Shown here: piece by piece, positions 53,345-63,700 of the stretch
Numbering within the stretch: the stretch's first letter is position 1
How the letters are laid out: every line of letters starts with the position of its first letter
Source: a virus
Lineage: Duplodnaviria; Caudoviricetes
IMG/VR virus record: IMGVR_UViG_3300023174_000144
Span: 10,472 to 74,471 of that record
Reading direction: 5' to 3' (one strand)
Length of the DNA stretch: 64,000 bases
Translations under genes and position numbers: made by a program
Notes under the pieces: model-generated
Database searches by the model: none
What the model was told of the DNA's origin: nothing
The model's input: the letters and a program-made list of their open reading frames with translations, nothing else

Positions 53345-55758
53345 GATCCACCTTGAGATTGTTGAGTCCTATATTTTCCTTCTGCTGAAGGGAATCCACC
53401 AAATGGAAGAATACCTAATAATCTTTCGTTATTTTGATCAATAGGAGGACGAATAGTTTCTGCAGAAATATCTTCTTGCACGTTTGCGTATGCACTGATG
53501 CCAGTAACAAAATCCGACCTTTCAACAAAATATGAAATTTTAACTGATTCAAAATTAAAATTATTTTTCCATCTTAATTTACATCCATTTAAAGTTTTAG
53601 AACATGTATCATGAAACCAATATCCAGTATTTGGTGGAGCATTTACAGAATTAGATGTATGATTTTTATTACATACAAAGTAATAATTTAGTTGATTTTT
53701 TTGTACATGTACGAAATTTCCAGATTGATAATTAAAATCTTTATTCCAATGGCCTAGGTCTTTCCATGCTGATCCTGCAGTATTTCTTGTTGGAAAAAAT
53801 TCATTATCGTTTTGATCTGCTACAGGTGGAGCAGATAATAGTCCATATGTTAAATTATTTTCATTTAATTGACTAATCTGAGATAAAGATTCGTTATCTG
53901 CGGTCCCTCCTATAGTTGTTGTGCCTGTAGCAATAGGTATATTTTTTAGGCCAACTATATTCCCATATACTCCAGAATGTTTTTCTGTAAGTCTATCGAA
54001 TCTTTCATAAACGCAACCTTCTCCACGATAATGAAATGGACAATTTTCAGACAACAAAACTCTACCTGGAAGCTTTACTCCTTCTATATCTAAAAGAGAT
54101 GCAAGTTCATATACAGCATTTGTAGAATCTTCTTGAATCTTTCGATCTATGTAAAAAATATCTGGAGTTAATTCTACTTCTGTATTAGAAACGCTTTTAT
54201 ATGTTACCAACTCTTCATCAGATACAGAGCCAAAATTATAAAAATTAGAAAATGTTTGTGTTATTCCAGTAGGAGTACTTAAAACAGGTTGATAATCTGT
54301 TGCAATAAAATTAAATGTATGAGTATTTAAATTTGTAGTTCCAGATGCGTAAAACTTAAAACCTGAAGTAGTAATATTTCTTAGTTCTGTAATAAAATCT
54401 AATTTATTAGCATTAGAATTTGAATTAAATAATATTTTTGGTTGATAATTTGTGAAAGTAGTTGGATATGATACTGAAACTTCTCCAGTATTATTTGCTC
54501 CAAAATTCACAGACTGTTTTAGAGCTAATAATTTTACGTCTTCATTTGTGTCTGGATTTCTTCCTGTATAAAATCCAGTTTCTAAAGCTAAATAATTTAT
54601 ATAGTAATTTCCGCTTAAGTAATTGCCGCTTGGATTAGTAGAAAAATTAATATCAAAACTAGTTGTTTGTTGATTTGATGTATTATATTTGACTAAAGGA
54701 GCAGGATCTAATTGATTAAAATTCAATTCTTTTTGTGTTAGCTCTTGAGTTTGCGTATAGATTTGACCACTAGATCCTATAGAAATAAAATTTACTAAAT
54801 TACCAGTATTTGAAAAAGCAGTTGGATATTGTATTGTTATTCCACTTTCATTGACAAATTTTTTTGTTTTAAAATTAGCCATTAATTTAAGTTGATTAGA
54901 AGTGCCATTTAATTTAAATTCATTTTCATTTTTATAAATTAAATTAGAAAAACCATTTTTATTACCAGAAAATATAAAAACATCTTGATAAAAAATAGGA
55001 TTATCAGTGTTTGTCTCTAAAATATTAGTATTTACATAAATATTAAAGAAATTTTTAACTTCTTTTGGAGCAAAAAAACTACAATCTTGAGATTGTCTCA
55101 ACAATTTGTCATTATAAATTGATTTTACATTAAAAAATATTATATTTTTTTCTCTATCAGCAACTGGTTTATAGTGATAATTTATCCATTTATAACTATT
55201 TGCAGAAGGAAATTGATTTGTTCTTACTGTTAGTGTGTCTCCATCTCTGGAAGCCCAAGGCGCATCATCATATTCATTAAATGGATTAATTCCACCTATA
55301 AAATTACTTCCAGCAAGATATCTTAAAAATGTTTTTCTTCTAATTACTTTAGCTCCAACAATATCTTTTAATTCATTCATCTGCATTCTGATGTATTTAT
55401 AAAATGAATTATATTGATCTTCTAAGAATTGACTGGAAAATTTAATTTTTGGAGTAGGCAACGAGCCATTAGATGTTATATCAAATCCTTCTCCAAAGAT
55501 TGGGAAAGGATAATAAAGTTTATCTTTCCAAATAATTATACCACGATTGACATTAAATAAATTATAATCGTTATGAATTCGAATTACTCCATCTGAGAAA
55601 ATGCTATGCTCACCAAAATTTATCGTTACAGGTTGAATATCATTCAAATCAATTTCATATAAAAAAATTGGACTACTTGGTTCTAATTCATGTATATGAG
55701 TATTTATATCCCTTTGAGATTCTAATATTTCTGTAAAAATCGTATTTATATCTGCCAT
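53341..55758 (-). CDS. minor tail protein gpL-like with large insertion
   Basis: LYEIDL, PTPKIKFS, GAKVIRRKTFLRYL, FYIDRK, CPFHYRGEGC, TCSKTLNGCKLR, LPFGGFP. Confidence 0.85.
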   Translation of the reverse strand: MADINTIFTEILESQRDINTHIHELEPSSPIFLYEIDLNDIQPVTINFGEHSIFSDGVIRIHNDYNLFNVNRGIIIWKDKLYYPFPIFGEGFDITSNGSLPTPKIKFSSQFLEDQYNSFYKYIRMQMNELKDIVGAKVIRRKTFLRYLAGSNFIGGINPFNEYDDAPWASRDGDTLTVRTNQFPSANSYKWINYHYKPVADREKNIIFFNVKSIYNDKLLRQSQDCSFFAPKEVKNFFNIYVNTNILETNTDNPIFYQDVFIFSGNKNGFSNLIYKNENEFKLNGTSNQLKLMANFKTKKFVNESGITIQYPTAFSNTGNLVNFISIGSSGQIYTQTQELTQKELNFNQLDPAPLVKYNTSNQQTTSFDINFSTNPSGNYLSGNYYINYLALETGFYTGRNPDTNEDVKLLALKQSVNFGANNTGEVSVSYPTTFTNYQPKILFNSNSNANKLDFITELRNITTSGFKFYASGTTNLNTHTFNFIATDYQPVLSTPTGITQTFSNFYNFGSVSDEELVTYKSVSNTEVELTPDIFYIDRKIQEDSTNAVYELASLLDIEGVKLPGRVLLSENCPFHYRGEGCVYERFDRLTEKHSGVYGNIVGLKNIPIATGTTTIGGTADNESLSQISQLNENNLTYGLLSAPPVADQNDNEFFPTRNTAGSAWKDLGHWNKDFNYQSGNFVHVQKNQLNYYFVCNKNHTSNSVNAPPNTGYWFHDTCSKTLNGCKLRWKNNFNFESVKISYFVERSDFVTGISAYANVQEDISAETIRPPIDQNNERLLGILPFGGFPSAEGKYRTQQSQGGS

Positions 55759-55763
55759 AATTC

Positions 55764-56324
55764 TTATCCAGATACTTCATCAAATTTTGCGTTGATTGTA
55801 TAATTTTCTTTAAAATTAAAATTTGTCTCCCACTCTCTACATACATATCTTGTTCTATAAGTTTGTTCTGAGTATATGGTTGGTGGATCATATGCAAAAG
55901 CTTTTGTTGCAGCTTTATCTTGCAAGAAATGAACAATAGAATATGCTTCTTTTTCTGTTTTTAATTCGAATTTTAATTGAAAAGTTTTTAAATCTGGATT
56001 GATGTTTTTATTTATTCTTTGTTCGTATCCATTACCAAATCTTATTACAGTAATTAAGGGTTTATGACTAGTAGTTGATGTGTAAGATGCCATCCAAAAA
56101 AACTTAGGTATTTTTGAAGTATCTTGAAGGATAGTTACTCCATCCCAATATTCAAGGTTTAATTTATTATCAATACTTGGAATAGTTGTAGTGTCCCCAC
56201 CTTTTTCATGATCTTTAACAGCATAATAAAAATTATTTTCATGTTTTACAATATCATTTTTTGTAAATTGATAGGATGAACCAAAATTCACCCAATTCCT
56301 TATAGGATCGTTAATAGACGGCAT
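55764..56324 (-). CDS. minor tail protein gpM-like
   Basis: VIRFGNGYEQR...AFAYDPP...YVCREW...INAKFDEV. Confidence 0.8.
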   Translation of the reverse strand: MPSINDPIRNWVNFGSSYQFTKNDIVKHENNFYYAVKDHEKGGDTTTIPSIDNKLNLEYWDGVTILQDTSKIPKFFWMASYTSTTSHKPLITVIRFGNGYEQRINKNINPDLKTFQLKFELKTEKEAYSIVHFLQDKAATKAFAYDPPTIYSEQTYRTRYVCREWETNFNFKENYTINAKFDEVSG

Positions 56325-56398
56325 ATATACCTTATTCCTTTATATGATTTACACTTAAAAGGGGTGTAATTATATATTGGAAAAAGGTAAAAATTAAT

Positions 56399-57208
56399 AT
56401 GTTTAGCTTTACAAGAGAATCTAATAAATTATTTATAGATAATTCACCTGTAACTGGTCTTCAAACTATACAGGCAAGTTATAATAATCCATATGAAAAT
56501 ATAAAATATTTAGGATTAAATAATAATTCTGTAAATACTGTGCCTATTGGTGCATTTATAGGAGCATTAAACTTAACTAATATTATGATAAATGAAGATC
56601 AATTTATTAAATATACTGGTAGTAATGGAGCTAATTTGCTATTAAGTTACAATAATGATAATAATAAATTCATAATGACTAGCGGTTATTTAGCTAATTA
56701 TGAGATAGAGTGCAATGTTGGTGCTATTCCTATTATAACAAGTCAATGGAATATTTATAATAACTTTGGTAGTGGTTCAGCATCTGTTCCTAACTTTCAA
56801 ATAGATGAAACAAAATTGAATATTATTGGTCCTGGAGACATTTCTATTAATTTTAACGATATAGCTGAAGAAAAAATCAATAAATTCAAGATTAATATAA
56901 AATCCACAAGACTACCAATCTATGAGCTTGGCAAAGTAACTCCATCAGATGTTACTTTACAATATCCTATAGAAATTATTTCATCTTTTAGTATATCTTT
57001 AAATAATTATAAAATTAAAAACCTTTTTGATTATCCGCAAAAAAATCAATTAAAATCATTTTCTATAGATTTAAAGAAAAATAATACAAATACCATTATT
57101 AACACTTTTAATATTAACAATGCTTTACTTGTAAGTGAAGACTATAATTTAGATGTGGATGGCACAGTATTGGCCCAATTAACATTTTCGAGTACTATAC
57201 ATAGATAG
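56399..57208 (+). CDS. tail-tube-fold protein (twin domain)
   Basis: RLPIYELG...LQYPIEI resembles the tube paralogs. Confidence 0.6.
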   Translation: MFSFTRESNKLFIDNSPVTGLQTIQASYNNPYENIKYLGLNNNSVNTVPIGAFIGALNLTNIMINEDQFIKYTGSNGANLLLSYNNDNNKFIMTSGYLANYEIECNVGAIPIITSQWNIYNNFGSGSASVPNFQIDETKLNIIGPGDISINFNDIAEEKINKFKINIKSTRLPIYELGKVTPSDVTLQYPIEIISSFSISLNNYKIKNLFDYPQKNQLKSFSIDLKKNNTNTIINTFNINNALLVSEDYNLDVDGTVLAQLTFSSTIHR

Positions 57209-57240
57209 TGTAATATTATGAAAGGAAAAAGGATAAATTT

Positions 57241-58029
57241 ATGCCAAGGATATATTATGATCAATGTGAATTAAGTATTAATAGAACAGGAGTTATTGCT
57301 ACGTCTGCTAATTTAAACTCTGATATTGCTTTGGGACCTGTTTATACTTTGGGCAAAAGAAAGCCTTTTAAAAGATTGGTAACAACTGGACCTGCATCTA
57401 GTACATTTCAAATTCAATACATTATTAATCCAACTGGAGATCCCGCTTTTAATACTATATCAGATATTAAAAACTTTATTTCTGCTCCAACTAATTATTA
57501 TGGAGTTACTATAGCTTTAGCGGGTGTTACTGGATATAGTTGTTATTTAAATAATTATTCTATTAAAATTGAGCCAAACAATGTTATTACAGCTCAAGCT
57601 AGTTATATATCTTATCTTCCAATTTCTGGTGATATCTCTTTAAAATCTAATCCAAATAGCGCAGTATCTGATAGTATTGCTCATAGTTCAAAAATTAATA
57701 TCGTTTCTGGAAAAAGTTTAAATGGTGATTCTTATAGTTTTAATTATACATTTAATTGTAATCTAAATCCTATATATGTTTTAGGTCAAAGAGAGCCAGT
57801 AGAAGTCAAACCAATTAGAGCTCAAGAAACAGTTAATATGACAGAAAATATTTTTAATAAACTTGTATATACAGGTGAAAATATTCCTTTAAAAATTTCT
57901 ATATCAGGACTGCTTGATAATAATAATTTTACAATTCAAATGCCTGATGCACACATTAATAATTCCACGATTGAAACAAATCTTGATGATATCATTAAGA
58001 CTACTAAGACATTAACCCAATATTATTAA
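57241..58029 (+). CDS. tail-tube-fold protein (twin domain)
   Basis: GPVYTLGKRKP / NPIYVLGQREP duplicated motif. Confidence 0.6.
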   Translation: MPRIYYDQCELSINRTGVIATSANLNSDIALGPVYTLGKRKPFKRLVTTGPASSTFQIQYIINPTGDPAFNTISDIKNFISAPTNYYGVTIALAGVTGYSCYLNNYSIKIEPNNVITAQASYISYLPISGDISLKSNPNSAVSDSIAHSSKINIVSGKSLNGDSYSFNYTFNCNLNPIYVLGQREPVEVKPIRAQETVNMTENIFNKLVYTGENIPLKISISGLLDNNNFTIQMPDAHINNSTIETNLDDIIKTTKTLTQYY

Positions 58030-58030
58030 T

Positions 58031-58996
58031 ATGTTTTATAATGGAAAAAATTTATTAATTAAAATTAATGGCAATGAAATTGTTGCTACAGATGCCAATT
58101 TATCATATGATGCTCAAATCGCTCCATATTTTGAAATTGGTGATAGATATACAAAAAGAGTAACTCCAACAGATGTTATTCAAGGAACGTTAAGTTTAAA
58201 TTATTTATTTACTGGTTCAGATTACATAAAGTCATTAAGAAATAATGATTCATCTTTGATATTTGATTTTGGTGGAATCTGCCAAACAGGATATCTTCAA
58301 TCTCACTCTGTTAAAATTAGTCCTAATAATCCTATATCTTGTTCGGCAGATATAATCTTTTTTCAAGCTCCTACTGGAAATTTTACTCCTGTATATTCTA
58401 ATATTGATCTAACTTCTAGCGTTGTTCATGCGGATAATTTAGTTATTTATGATTTTGATAATAAATATTTAACTGGAAATTATATCAATGCATCTTTTAG
58501 TTACAGAGTTGATATTAGACCAGAGATTGTTATAAATGAAACTCAGGAAAGAAGAGGAGTTTTTGGAATTAAAGAAAGTACTTTTAATGGTTCTTTTGAT
58601 AATTTAAATCCAGAATTAAGTATATCTGGAAATAAAGCTGGATTGTCAATCGCAGTTAAAAATTTTGGTGGAGCTATATTTAAAGATGCTTTTGGAATAA
58701 CTGGATTTATAACATCAAGAAAATTTAGAGGAAATATTGATGAAACTATCGTCAGTGAAATTAGTATAAAACAATATGAAATATTAGCAGAAGCAGAAGT
58801 TTCTGGATTTAGTCCTGCTTTAGTAAATATTGGTGATAAATTAAATATATCAGGATCAAATTTTACAAATGTTTTTGCTGTTATTTTAGATAATTTAGCA
58901 TGTGATTTTCAACTTAAAGGACCAGGATCGTTAGAGGTTGTTGTACCTAGATTAAAAACTAGAGAACCAATTATAACCTTAATCACTCCTGCTTAA
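58031..58996 (+). CDS. tail-tube-fold protein with C-terminal IPT/TIG domain
   Basis: SGFSP....GDKLNISGSNFTNV....LEVVVP. Confidence 0.6.
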   Translation: MFYNGKNLLIKINGNEIVATDANLSYDAQIAPYFEIGDRYTKRVTPTDVIQGTLSLNYLFTGSDYIKSLRNNDSSLIFDFGGICQTGYLQSHSVKISPNNPISCSADIIFFQAPTGNFTPVYSNIDLTSSVVHADNLVIYDFDNKYLTGNYINASFSYRVDIRPEIVINETQERRGVFGIKESTFNGSFDNLNPELSISGNKAGLSIAVKNFGGAIFKDAFGITGFITSRKFRGNIDETIVSEISIKQYEILAEAEVSGFSPALVNIGDKLNISGSNFTNVFAVILDNLACDFQLKGPGSLEVVVPRLKTREPIITLITPA

Positions 58997-58999
58997 TTT

Positions 59000-60700
59000 A
59001 TGGGCGCTGTAAATACAACAGGATTAAAGTTCCAACCACCAAACATACAAATTTTATCTATGTCTAATAGTACTGGTTTAGTTAACGATATAATTCAAAT
59101 CAATGGAATAAATTTTGATTACGTAGATTCAATTAAATTTAATAATACAATTAATTGTGTATCGTCATTTAATAGCTTAACTGATGGAAATTTTAGAGTT
59201 CCATTTGATGGAAATACTGGATATGTTAATGTTCATGGAGATTTTATTACTTTAACTGGTACGAGTCCAAAGCCTTTCTGGACGATGTTTGAGATAACTA
59301 ACTTCTCTCCTAATCTAAGTCCATCAGGAGAACAAGTTAATTTTCAAGGAATTCATTTTAATACTTTAACTGGAATAAATTTTCAAGCAGAAGTTATAAA
59401 AGATGATTGTAATTTTTTATTGAGTGGATCAAATCCAAGCTTTTTTGATTTGCAAAATGGAACTACAAGTGGAAATGCAGAAGCTGTATTTATACAAAAT
59501 ATAAATACAGTTCCAGAGCAAATTAATACTTATATCTCTAAAAAACAAAATTTTGATTTAATATCTGGAAACAGATTTCAAGTTAAATTCACTACTACTC
59601 CTCAAAATAATATATATGAAAATCATATTTTAAGTTTTAAAACTGGAAATTACAATACTGGTCAAATTCAAATTTTTACAAATCAAATAAATCAAGGTTT
59701 AAAAACTAAAAGAATTAATTTATTACAAAATATTAATCAAGATTATTGCCCTTTTACTTCAGTTATAAATACGGGTAATGATATATGTTATTCTTATATA
59801 AGTGGAAAAGATACCAGTGGATTTTATATAAACTTTAATAAAACCTTAAATTATAGTTTAGATTTAAATGTTCTCACAATAAGTGGAAGTCAAATTAATA
59901 ATAATATCAAATACAAGACAACTTCATTTACTATTACATCTGGAGAAATTAATAATTTAAATTTAAATTATAAAATAAATTACAATAATAATAAATTATA
60001 TGCTCCATATATTTTAACAAGCATGGAATATTATAATTTATCTTATCCTCAAGATTCTGGCTATTTATACAATATTTCTAATATGACAAATAAAAATTTT
60101 GATTTAGACCCTTTAGGATCAAGCGGCGTTTATAATGCAAAATTTAATGTTTTAAATATATATAATGAATTAATAAATTATAATAATTTTATAACAACTG
60201 GTGATGATTCTTTTTATCAAAAAATTTATCTTATTCCTGGTCAAGAAAATAATTTATTAACTCCAGTTTCTTCTAGTGACTTAAATATAAGCGGAACTAT
60301 AAATGGGAGCGGAACATGTACTATACCCAAATCAGATTATTATATTAATGGACCAGTCGTATTCCTTGGATTATTTGGGTATGAAAGAAAAGATTTTGGG
60401 AATTTTAAAGAAATTCCTGATCCAATTTCTGTTACTCCATCGGGTATAAATACTCAAGGGAGTGTAATCATTTCTGGTCGAAGTTTTAAAAAAGCTAATT
60501 TGATAGACGGAACAGGAGAATACAATTCAATAATCGTGAAATTTAGAAATATTACTAATCCAAAGCAAAAAAATGATTTTTTAAATACTTTTTATCTTAT
60601 AGATGATCAAACTTTAAGTGGAACAATTCAATTAGGTTCTTATCTAACTGGTTTATATGTAATTCAAGCATTAACTGAAGATGGAGAAATTTACGAATGA
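59000..60700 (+). CDS. virion protein with IPT/TIG-like repeats
   Basis: IQINGINF, VNFQGIHF and VIISGRSF repeats. Confidence 0.65.
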   Translation: MGAVNTTGLKFQPPNIQILSMSNSTGLVNDIIQINGINFDYVDSIKFNNTINCVSSFNSLTDGNFRVPFDGNTGYVNVHGDFITLTGTSPKPFWTMFEITNFSPNLSPSGEQVNFQGIHFNTLTGINFQAEVIKDDCNFLLSGSNPSFFDLQNGTTSGNAEAVFIQNINTVPEQINTYISKKQNFDLISGNRFQVKFTTTPQNNIYENHILSFKTGNYNTGQIQIFTNQINQGLKTKRINLLQNINQDYCPFTSVINTGNDICYSYISGKDTSGFYINFNKTLNYSLDLNVLTISGSQINNNIKYKTTSFTITSGEINNLNLNYKINYNNNKLYAPYILTSMEYYNLSYPQDSGYLYNISNMTNKNFDLDPLGSSGVYNAKFNVLNIYNELINYNNFITTGDDSFYQKIYLIPGQENNLLTPVSSSDLNISGTINGSGTCTIPKSDYYINGPVVFLGLFGYERKDFGNFKEIPDPISVTPSGINTQGSVIISGRSFKKANLIDGTGEYNSIIVKFRNITNPKQKNDFLNTFYLIDDQTLSGTIQLGSYLTGLYVIQALTEDGEIYE

Positions 60701-63700
60701 GTCTTGCAATTCTACAATTAACGCAGAGCAGACCAATTATCAATAGTATAGCTTTGACTGGCATAACTGGTGATTCATTATTGATTGTAGGAGATAATTT
60801 TAAATTTGGCATAACACAACTTTCTGGTCAAAATATAACCAATAATAGTAGTTATTTTAATTTATATGGCCAATATAAACAAAACATTTCTGGATTAAAT
60901 AATACTATTGATGAAAATAGCATACTTTTCACTGTTCCATCAGGTATTGAACAAGGAGCAAATTATCAACTAACCGTTTTTAATCAAGCAGGATCATCAG
61001 TAAATAATGCTTATTTAAAAATTATTGGTAAACCTAGTATTAGTGGAATTGATATTCGTTCTGGGGTACCAGATGATTATATAAGAATATCTGGTAAAAA
61101 CTTTAATCCTGCTCCAGATTTCACTTTAATTGATACTTTAGGAAATAGAACTAAACCAGATTTTATTTCTGATCTATATTCAATTTCTAGCGTAGATATT
61201 ACATCATACGGAACTGGATATCAAACTGGTGATTTTATTATAATCTCTGGTCAAAAACCTTTATCTAGTAAAACACATGGACTATTACAAATTGCTCAAA
61301 CTGGAATAAGTGGTTCTGCAGGTGCAATTGAAATTATAAATTCTGGAATATTTACTGTACCATTTGATACAAATCTTAATTTAACCACATCAGGTAAAAG
61401 TGGAGATGGATTAAATTTTAATCTCATTTATAATAATTATTCTTCTGGTAATTTTGATTATCTAGAGTTTCAAGTTCCATATAATGTTAAAAAATTACAA
61501 AGTGGTTTAGTAGAAAATTTAAGATATAAAGAAAACTTAGGAAGTGTTATCACAGGATTTAATGTTCTTGGTATACCAGAAATTTATACATTATCTTCTT
61601 TGACTGGAACAGTAGATAGGGATAAAATTACAGTAAGTGGAGAGAATTTAAATTTTGTAAGTGATGTTTTTATTGGAGATTTTGGAGTTAAATTTTCTAG
61701 AATAGATTCTAATTCTTTGAATTTCAATGTAGATAATTATTCAGAAACTAATTTTATAACAGTATCTGGAAAATATGGATCAAGCACAAATTCAAGTTTG
61801 TTTAACGTTGCTTATCCTCCAATTTTAGCTAGCGGATTTAATCCTCAAGACGTTTTAATAGGCACAGGAGCAGTCATTAATATATCTGGAAAATATTTAC
61901 AAAGATTAAATTATTTGAATCTTGGCCAACCAAATATATTAAAAAAATATATCACAATAACAAATTCTGGAAAAGCTGCATCTTTTAACTTACCAAACGA
62001 ATTAAAGACTACAGAAGTTCTTGCATATTCTGTTGATTTTCCTAGCTCTGGAACTACAGTTTTATCTCCAAGTACAAATAACAAATTAATAATATCTCAA
62101 AGATTAAATACTGCTTTATTAAATTTTGATTATACTTCTGAAATAAATGCTGCAAGGTATTTAGATGAGATAGAGTTTTTCACTCCAGATCAATATACAG
62201 GTGATGGAGATTTTGGAAATATAAATAATTCTGATATTTTCTTTTTATCTCCTACTGGTTATACATGGTTAACTGGATCATTTAATGTAAGTGGAATTAA
62301 AGTTTCTAATACAAATGGATCATTAAGAATAAAAGTACCAAGAGAAGTAGATAATCCTATATGCCCAATTAAAATAATTAGAAATAAATATAAGGACCAA
62401 TATATTCTTCCTAACAATAAATTTGTTAATATTCTTCCTACGATTTATGATATTGGAAAAATAAATAGTTTTAAAACTACGCCTGATCAAGGTATTTTAC
62501 CAGGTGGTGAAGGCAAATTAGAAAATATGGTAACAGGTGCATTTATTCGAGTAAGTGGAATTAATGCTTATAATGCTACTAAATTAATATTTAGTGGTTA
62601 TAGTGGAAATTTAAATCTTTTTGGTTTTAAAAAAGCTCCTACATTAATTCCTTTAGATTTTAATTCTAGTGATAAATCTCAAATAGATAACGGAAATATA
62701 AATGGTTATTCAGTATTTACTTGCAGACTTGGTGGAGATTATACTGGATCTGGAGAAGCATTTTTAAATCATTTTTCTTATCCTACTGGATATGGATATG
62801 AAAATTTAAATATAACAAAAAATCAAAATATTCGAGTATATCCTATCTCTGGATACAAACCAACTGATTCATTTTCTTTCACAAGTTCAAGATATCAAGA
62901 AGTTGATCAAGAATTACCATTTTCATATGAAATAACAACAAATACATTAGCAACCGAATATGAAATTTTTCCAACAACTGTGTATGGTTGGGGTAATGCA
63001 AGTTATCCAAGAGTATATGGAACAGGAGAATATATTTTTACTGGAGTAAGTAATAGAAATAAAATAGAAGGCATACCATATGATGGAGGAATATATTTTG
63101 TAAAAATTAGAGCTAAAAATGGACTTCAACCAGATGAAGGAATGGTCCTTCAATTACGATTTGGAGTTTCTGGTAGGTCTTTAGCTTCTCCCGCTGTATT
63201 TTATAGAGGACCATGGAAAAGTGGATTATTTTATGTAGGTACTACTGCTAGACGAGATATAGTTAAATATTCTAATGACGGATCAAATTATTGGTATACT
63301 ACAAGAAATCATACTGGTAATAATGCTAATCTTCCAAGTGCATTAAGTCCATTTTGGATAAGATTTGATACAGAATTAAATTCTGTTGCAACTCAAATAT
63401 TACTTGCAGAACAATCTAATATTTTATCCACTTTAACTATAGGACAAAAAGACGATCCTGCATTATTTACAGGTTGTATTTTATCTGCAAACGATACTAA
63501 TTTTAATGTAGGTACTGGATTTTTCTTAGGATATGATCGTGGTTTTGGTTCTTTAACTCCAGATATTCCAAAGTTTAGAGTTGGTAGCGATACTGATGGA
63601 TATTTAAAATGGAATGGAGAAAGATTATCAATCTTAGGTTCTATATCTGGAGTTGTTACCAGTTCTAAAAATGTAAAAGATGCACAAAACATAGTAGACG

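Larger units (their letters stand above)
1476..57213. promoter_or_regulatory. Set of putative late promoters, core GTGTAA
   Basis: GTGTAA lies just upstream of genes at 1476, 12141, 13550, 14882, 17574, 18420, 23011, 24839, 25514, 25543, 28402, 30869, 32058, 34443, 56364 and 57208 (plus) and at 4820-4825 and 56349-56354 (minus). A GTGTAT variant is at 18613. Confidence 0.75.

Noticed and set aside
42841-56398. Tail-tip block as a switchable invertase segment
   Set aside because: No inverted repeats at the junctions (only a 9-nt direct TGATTTACA, compatible with chance) and no invertase in the window.
804-63692. Short opposite-strand or nested track ORFs (e.g. 804-1208, 3110-3394, 4153-4386, 10905-11195, 35508-37082 set, 52055-52381, 63393-63692)
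   Set aside because: They are shadows of better-supported genes and lack promoters or recognisable motifs.
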